From Thermoanaerobaculia bacterium (lineage in GTDB: Bacteria > Acidobacteriota > Thermoanaerobaculia > Multivoradales > JAIOJS01), in contig CAWINM010000002.1 of the NCBI GenBank assembly GCA_963837455.1, positions 129,359 to 193,358 on the forward strand: a stretch of DNA of 64,000 bases, read 5' to 3'. How positions within the stretch are numbered: the first letter of the stretch is position 1; every line of letters begins with the position of its first letter. A program made the position numbers and the translations under genes. The notes beneath the pieces were generated by a model. The model was given only the letters and a program-made list of their open reading frames with translations. It was not told the origin of the DNA and made no database searches. This document shows, in pieces, positions 61,849 to 64,000 of this stretch.

Positions 61849-63314
61849 CTAGGGCGTGCTGCCGGACCAGTGGGTGGCGCCACCCGACTCGAAGCCGTCA
61901 CTGAAGAAGCCCCAGCCCGCCCAGAAGCACCCCTGGCCGTTGTGGATGCAGGCGATGCGGCCAGCGCCGCCGAGCCGCCACCGGCGCCGCCGACGACGAC
62001 GTAGAGCTCGCCCAGGTGGTCCTCGGCGAAGCCGTAGGTGCCGCCGAAGCCGCTTGCCCAGCACGAGGCGTCGATGGCGGAGGGGTTGGATGGGTCGAGG
62101 GTGGTCGTCTTCCAGATCTGGCCGCAGAAGGCGTCGCCGTAGAGGTAGGAGGCGGCGATGGAGGGGACCCGGGCGCCGCGGTAGCGGTAGCCGCCCATGA
62201 TCGAGTGCCAGCCGTCGCTGCTGTGATGGCAGAGGATGGGGTCGTAGAAGCTGCCCGTGCCGCGCGGGAACTGGCAGCCCACCACCGGATCCGCAATGCA
62301 ACCTGGAACCATGCATCCGGACACTCGTCGAGGAGCTCGCACCCTTCGCGGCACGACCAGCCGAAGTTGAGCGGCGCCGGCGATGCTGGTCGGCTTGAGG
62401 TTGATCTCCTCCCACTTGCCCTGGCCGACGTCACCGATGTAGATGTCGCCGGTCGAGCGATCGAAGCTGTAGCGGAAGGGGTTGCGCAGCCCCATCAGGT
62501 AGACCTCGTCGCACGCCGGCTCCTGGCCGAAGAACGGGTTGGTCGAGGGGACCATGTAGTTGCCGGTTCCGACGCCGCAATCGTCCGGGGGGCCGGCAGA
62601 CGGGTCGACACCGCGGACGTCGAGGCGCAGGAGCTTGCCGAGCAGGGTGTTGCGCGTTGTCCGTCGCCGTTGGTCCCCTGGTTGTCGTCGCAGCCGTTGC
62701 CGCCGTCGCCGACCGAGAGGTAGAGGAAGCCGTCCGGCCCGAACGCGAGCCAGCCGCCGTTGTGGTTCGACGCCGAGGAGTGATTGATGGTCAGGATCAC
62801 GCTGGCCGAGGCGAGGTTGCCAACGTCCGGGTTCGCCGCCGAGCGCTGGTAGCGGGCGATCACCAGGTCGCCGTCGCTGCGGGTGTAGTACACGTAGAGG
62901 CGGCCCGTGGTGGCGTAGTCGGGCTCCACCGCCAGCGCCAGCAGACCCCGTTCGCCGCCTGCGAGGACCGGCCCACCCACGTCGTCGCGCAGGTCGAGGA
63001 AGGGGGTGGGAAGGATGGTCCCGGTGATCCCGTCCCAGACCAGGATCTCGCCTTCCTGGGTGGCGATCAGGCGGCGCGGGCGGCCGTCTCCTGGGTCGAC
63101 GAAGGCGGTGGGGGTATTGGCACCGGCCGGAAAGGCGGCGGGGGAGATCAGTGTCGAGATGGCGGCGGGCGCTCCCGGGGTGCAGCTGGTCGAGCAGGAC
63201 ACGGCCTTGCAAGCCGTCGCTGCCCAGACCGGGGGCGCACCGAGCGCCAGCGGCAGCCAATCCCATGCCGATGTGGGCAGCGAGGCGAAACGGCTTCATC
63301 GGCGGCCTGCGCAT
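61849..63314 (-). CDS. Secreted PQQ-dependent sugar dehydrogenase (GSDH family) with FSDGFESG tail; frameshifted
   Basis: GERGLL.LA, NHNGGWLAFGPDGFLYLSVGDGG, LLGKLLRLDV, GLRNPFR, GDVGQ..WEEIN, FAED..GELY. Confidence 0.88.
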
Positions 63315-63489
63315 GGTGGTTTCCTCCGGGTCGAGCTCGAAAGCTTAAGCGCCGATCGTGGCTCGCTCAGCGATGCAGCTCACATGCCTTCCGGCCGAAC
63401 GCGGTCGCCGGAGAGGTTGCGGGCGAGGATGGAGGGCGCAGGGCGCAGCTCACTTCCATGCTCGGTGAGTCACCCGCCACCGGCGAAAG

Positions 63490-63825
63490 GGTTCAAGGGA
63501 TCTCTATCGCAGCGATCGCGTACCTTGCTGAGCGGCGAGGGCTCATTACAGAGCGACAGAAACGCCACGTCCGCGCCAAGCTCCATGAGCGTGGATGGCT
63601 TGAGGTTGAGCGGTCCACATCCCTCCAGAGACTCCTCGCCTTTGGCGACAGATGGCGGAAGAGGTCTTTGGCGCGCCGGTCGACTACAAGCGCATGGCTC
63701 GTCACTTTGATGCGTCTGCGAGCTTCGTTGAGCAGTTCCTGCAAGCGAGTCGGCCGTCTCAATCGACGCCACTAGCGCCAAGCCCCGGATCGCCGGTTCT
63801 AGAGTTCTCGCGGCGCCGCGCTTGA
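63490..63825 (+). pseudogene. C-terminal remnant of an ImmA/IrrE-type (XRE-peptidase) protein
   Basis: ISIAAIAY.A...GLITERQ......LHERGW..VE, then after a frameshift HIPPETPRLWRQMAEEVFG. Lower GC than the flanks. Confidence 0.55.
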
Positions 63826-63942
63826 CGTGAGCCCACAGGTCGATTCGGAGCCCCTGACGGCTTTCTCGGGAGGGCTGGTGCTGGCTCGGTTTGAGACTGG
63901 CGCTGGCCGGCGCCGTGAGACTTCCCGCAGCCCCGCGCCAAC

Positions 63943-63980
63943 GGGAGGGCTACCAGCCTTGCTGGCTGGACGGCCCTCCC
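63943..63980. other. GC-rich stem-loop
   Basis: GGGAGGGC..CCAGCC-loop-GGCTGG..GCCCTCCC; no U-tract; GAGGAGG follows at the window edge. Confidence 0.55.
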
Positions 63981-64000
63981 CCTCGGGGCTAGAGGAGGAA

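Overview
High-GC bacterial DNA. RecA, the DUF4388, SpoIIE and VPS10-type genes and the FxDGFESG-tailed secreted proteins suggest Acidobacteriota (Thermoanaerobaculia-like); this is inference only. Bases 1 to about 28.9 kb form an eroding accessory island. It holds three same-orientation defective IS91-family (HUH) transposase copies and a defence locus: a SNF2 helicase fused in frame by deletion to a probable DUF1156 methylase tail, a DUF433/DUF5615 toxin-antitoxin pair, a DUF499 ATPase and an intact GmrSD-like DUF262 nuclease. It also holds a patchwork of more than 10 gene fragments and a few intact secreted proteins and enzymes. About 29-63.3 kb looks chromosomal: ATP-grasp, SpoIIE phosphatase, LolA-like/VPS10 fusion, HDAC with an extra domain, Smr, recA, MoxR-DUF58-transglutaminase and WcaJ plus five GT4 glycosyltransferases. 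It ends with a coupled AsnB-like / RaSEA-like radical SAM / flavin-halogenase-like operon and a PQQ sugar dehydrogenase. Best leads: (1) the AsnB-rSAM-halogenase trio; (2) a duplicated inverted-repeat cassette over a glycosyltransferase start whose inversion would swap in an alternative in-frame N-terminus; (3) the IS91-linked fragment mosaic; (4) a TTAC-N7-TTAC repeat in the recA promoter; (5) the HDAC-GNAT-like fusion. Clustered single-base frameshifts in core genes, including recA, probably reflect sequencing errors. No tRNA, rRNA or CRISPR array was seen. All family calls are from motif recognition; no searches were run.
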